A stretch of 64,000 nt of DNA, taken from the NCBI GenBank assembly GCA_026770705.1, contig JANJGN010000026.1, forward strand, positions 38,626,001 to 38,690,000. Reading direction: 5' to 3'. A model generated the notes under the pieces. The model worked only from the letters and a program-made list of their open reading frames with translations, ran no database searches and had not been told where the DNA came from. Every line of letters starts with the position of its first letter. Positions within the stretch are counted from its first letter, which is position 1. A program made the translations under genes and the position numbers. Origin of the DNA: Isurus oxyrinchus. Lineage: Eukaryota. Shown in pieces: positions 60,880 to 64,000 of the stretch.

Positions 60880-62700
60880 AGTTGCAGTAATAACAGAGAC
60901 ATGGCCAAGCGTAGAAATAACTGAGGCAGGGTTAGCGCACTAAGCACTGGGTCAATTGATATTAATCCTCTCTTGGGGCTAGAACAGTAATGATTGATCC
61001 GGCACATGAATTAGTAACACCCTAGACAGGGTCCGTTGCAATAATAACTCAGACTGCCAATACTGTAAGACATACAAAAACATTAACCAATGGAATAAAA
61101 ACAGGGACAGGGCAAGTGTAATAAAAGGAGATGTATGAACAAGTACAGCTGCAACTAAGGCAGGGTTTAGCGTTGTATGTACAGACACAGTGTCCAGAGC
61201 AGTAATAACTGGGGGTTTTCCACATGTAATACAACCAGAGCCACGGCCGAATTCAGGAGCAGCTGAGACGACGCCGAGCATTGAAATAACTGAGGCAAGA
61301 ACTGGTGTAATATTATCGCAGACATAATCCATTTCAATATAAACAAAGTCAAGCTCTGGTGCAGTAATGCTGAGACAGGACCGAATGCACCAATTATTGA
61401 CACAGCATCTACAGTTATACAAACGAACGCTGGGCCTAGTTTCAGCAATTATTGAGCCAGGATCTAGTGCAGTATTAACAGACTTGGCCTTGTGTAGTAT
61501 AAACAGAGACATGGTCTACACACAAATAACATTGACATGGCCTATTTTAATATAAACAGAGGCAATGCCTGGTGTAATATTAACGGAGTCAGGGTCTCGT
61601 GTAAAATAAACTGAGACAGGGTCTAGTGTAATATAAACTTATACAGGGTCTAGTGTAATATAAACTGAGACAGGGTCTATTGTAATGTAAACAAAGACGT
61701 GCTCTAGTGTAATAAAAACCGAGTCGGGCTCCAGTGTAATATTATCTGAGACGGCGCCTAATGTAATATAAACTGAGACAGGGTCGAGTGTTATATAAAA
61801 CAAAAACAAAAATACCTGGAAAAACTCAGCAGGTCTGACAGCATCTGCAGAGAGGAACACAGTCAACGTTTCGAGTCCATATGACACTTCAACAGAATTG
61901 AGTGTTATACAAACTGAGATAGGGTCAAACAGAATATAAGCAAAAAGGTGATCTAGTGTAATAGAAACAGAGACATGATGTAGTTGAGTAAAAAGTGAGG
62001 TAGTTTTGAGTGCAGTAATAATTGAGACAGTGTCTTGTGTAATATGAACACCGACATGGTCTAGTTCAGTAATAACTGAGGCAGGAGCTAGTGAAAGGAA
62101 ACTGACACGGGATCTGTTGCAGTTTCATCTGATACAGGACCTTGTCTAATATAAGCTGAGACAGAGTCTAGTGCAATAACTGCCAACACAGGGCCTGGAT
62201 TAATATAAACAGAGATGTGGGCAAGGGCAGCAGTAAGAGAGAGCCACGGTATTATACAATAATAACAGTGACAGGGCATCGTGTGATATAAACAGAGACA
62301 TAGACTGGTGCAGCGTTAGCCAAGGCATCCCCTAGTTTAGTATAAACGTGGCAGAGTCCAGTAGTGCAATAACTAAGACAGAGCCTCGTGTCATGTAAAC
62401 AGGAACATGTTCTGTTTTCGTATAAGTAGAGACAGGTACCAGTGCAGTGACAACTGAGACATGGGCTATTATCATTTTAGCCAAGACATGGTTTAGTGCA
62501 GTGATAACTGAGAATGTATAGGGTAACAGGGTCTTTGACCTGTATATTGACTGAGGTTGAGCTATTATGAAACAACTGACACAAAACCTGTTGTAATATG
62601 ATCAGAAACATCACTGAGTGTAATATATACAGACAAAGGTCAAGTTTAATATGAACAGGGAAAGGGTTCGGTGCAGAAATGATTGAGACTGCTTGTTTTA
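60880..62700 (-). repeat. 27-bp minisatellite family, minus orientation, degenerate
   Basis: actgagacagggtctagtgtaatataa units. Confidence 0.88.
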
Positions 62701-62799
62701 TATATTGTCAGTATTCACTGTTTCACCGCCATCTACTGGACGGATTCTACTATTGCAGATGTTGTGAAAATGTTGATTTGAATTGCTGCTTCCGACATT

Positions 62800-64000
62800 A
62801 ATGATAGAATTTTTACAGCGCAGGAGGATGCTATTCGGCCATTCCTGTCCGTGCTAACCCACTAGACCCTGTATAAGTTTATATTACACTCAACCCTGTC
62901 TCAGTTTATTTTACACGAGACCTTGACTCCGTTAATATTACTCTAGGCATTGCCTCTGTTTATATTAAAATAGGCCCTGTCATCGTTATTTGTGTGTAGA
63001 CAATATCTCTTTTTTTCTTTTTTTCTTTTCAGTTAAGGATCCAGTTTCGTTTTGAAAGCATCAATTGCCCCTCAATCCACCACGCTGTCAGGCAGTGCAT
63101 TCCAGATCCTAACCACTCACTGCGTGAAATGTTTTTCCTCTTGTCTCTATTGCTTCTTCTCCAGATTACTTTAAACCTGAGCCGTCTGGTTCTCAATCCT
63201 TCCATCAATGGGAACAATTTCACCCTATCTCCTCTGCCCAGACCCTTCGTGATTTTTAATACCTGTATCAAATCTCCTCTAAACTTTCTCTCCTCAAATG
63301 AGATTAAAGGCAAGTGCTCCATTCTTTATACATAATTGGAGTTCTTCATCCCTGAAACAATTTCCATGAATCTTTCCTGTGCCCTCTCTCATGCCATCAA
63401 ATTCTTCCAAAGGTGTGGTGCCCGCAATTGGATGCAATTCTCCAGTTGAGGCCTAACCAGGGTGTCACACACGTTTAACATAACCTCTTTGTTTTTACAT
63501 TTTTTCCTCTATTAGTAAAGCTCAGGATGCTGCAAGCTTTATTAACTGCGTTCTTTCAACTTGTCCTGCCACCTTCAATAATTTATACACATAAACACCC
63601 AGGTCACTCGGCTCCTGCAGCCCCTTTGGAATCACACCCTTTCTTTTATACTGTCTGTCTGCGTTCTTCCTACTAAAATGAACAACTTTTTGCCTTCTCT
63701 GCATTAAATATCATCTGTCACTTGTCCGCCCTTTCCACCAACCTCTCGATGTCTTTTTGAAGTTCTATACTATCCTCCTCATGACCCGCAATGCTTCCAC
63801 ATTTCACATCATCCGTATATTTTGAAATTGTGCCCTGTACACCAAGGCCCAGTATCTGAATAAATATTATAAAACGTAGGCATCGTAGCACTGAACCTTG
63901 GGGACTGCATTATAATCCTCCCCGAGTCCGAAAAACAATGGTTCAAAACTACTCTTTGTTTCCTGCCACTCAGACAGTTCCCAATCCATGATGTAACCGT
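62800..64000 (-). mobile_element. CR1-like LINE fragment, interrupted at 62860-63030, running off the window edge
   Basis: ERKFRGDLIQVLKITKG and the reverse complement of the VPQGS/ADD region near 63800-63910. Confidence 0.88.

Overview
This is eukaryotic DNA, almost certainly from a cartilaginous fish (shark). It contains one complete, unrearranged, apparently intact IgM heavy-chain cluster on the minus strand, spanning ~8.6-27.6 kb: promoter/leader (27449-27506), VH (27017-27322), D1, D2, JH (25735-25782), a 10.4-kb J-C intron with a 168-N gap, CH1-CH4 with secretory tail (15283 down to 12418), then TM1/TM2 (9380 down to 9105). All splice sites, reading frames and RSSs (23; 12/22; 12/12; 23) can be read directly. 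The rest is repeat-rich: CR1-, L2- and RTE-type LINE fragments, Penelope-like elements, SINEs, a >10-kb 27/54-bp minisatellite and microsatellites. The most notable unexplained signals are: (1) a 1.6-kb repeat upstream of CH1 that is G-rich on the sense strand and RGYW-dense, resembling a switch region; (2) a stearoyl-CoA desaturase-like exon fragment inside the J-C intron; (3) dispersed ~100-140 bp Penelope-derived elements with hammerhead-ribozyme cores; (4) a decayed Glu/Leu/Thr tRNA cluster 3' of the Ig gene; (5) a possible alternative TM exon giving a tyrosine-motif cytoplasmic tail; (6) candidate enhancer motif clusters. Ig coordinates were read base by base. Repeat boundaries are approximate, and family names come from recognition, not database searches.
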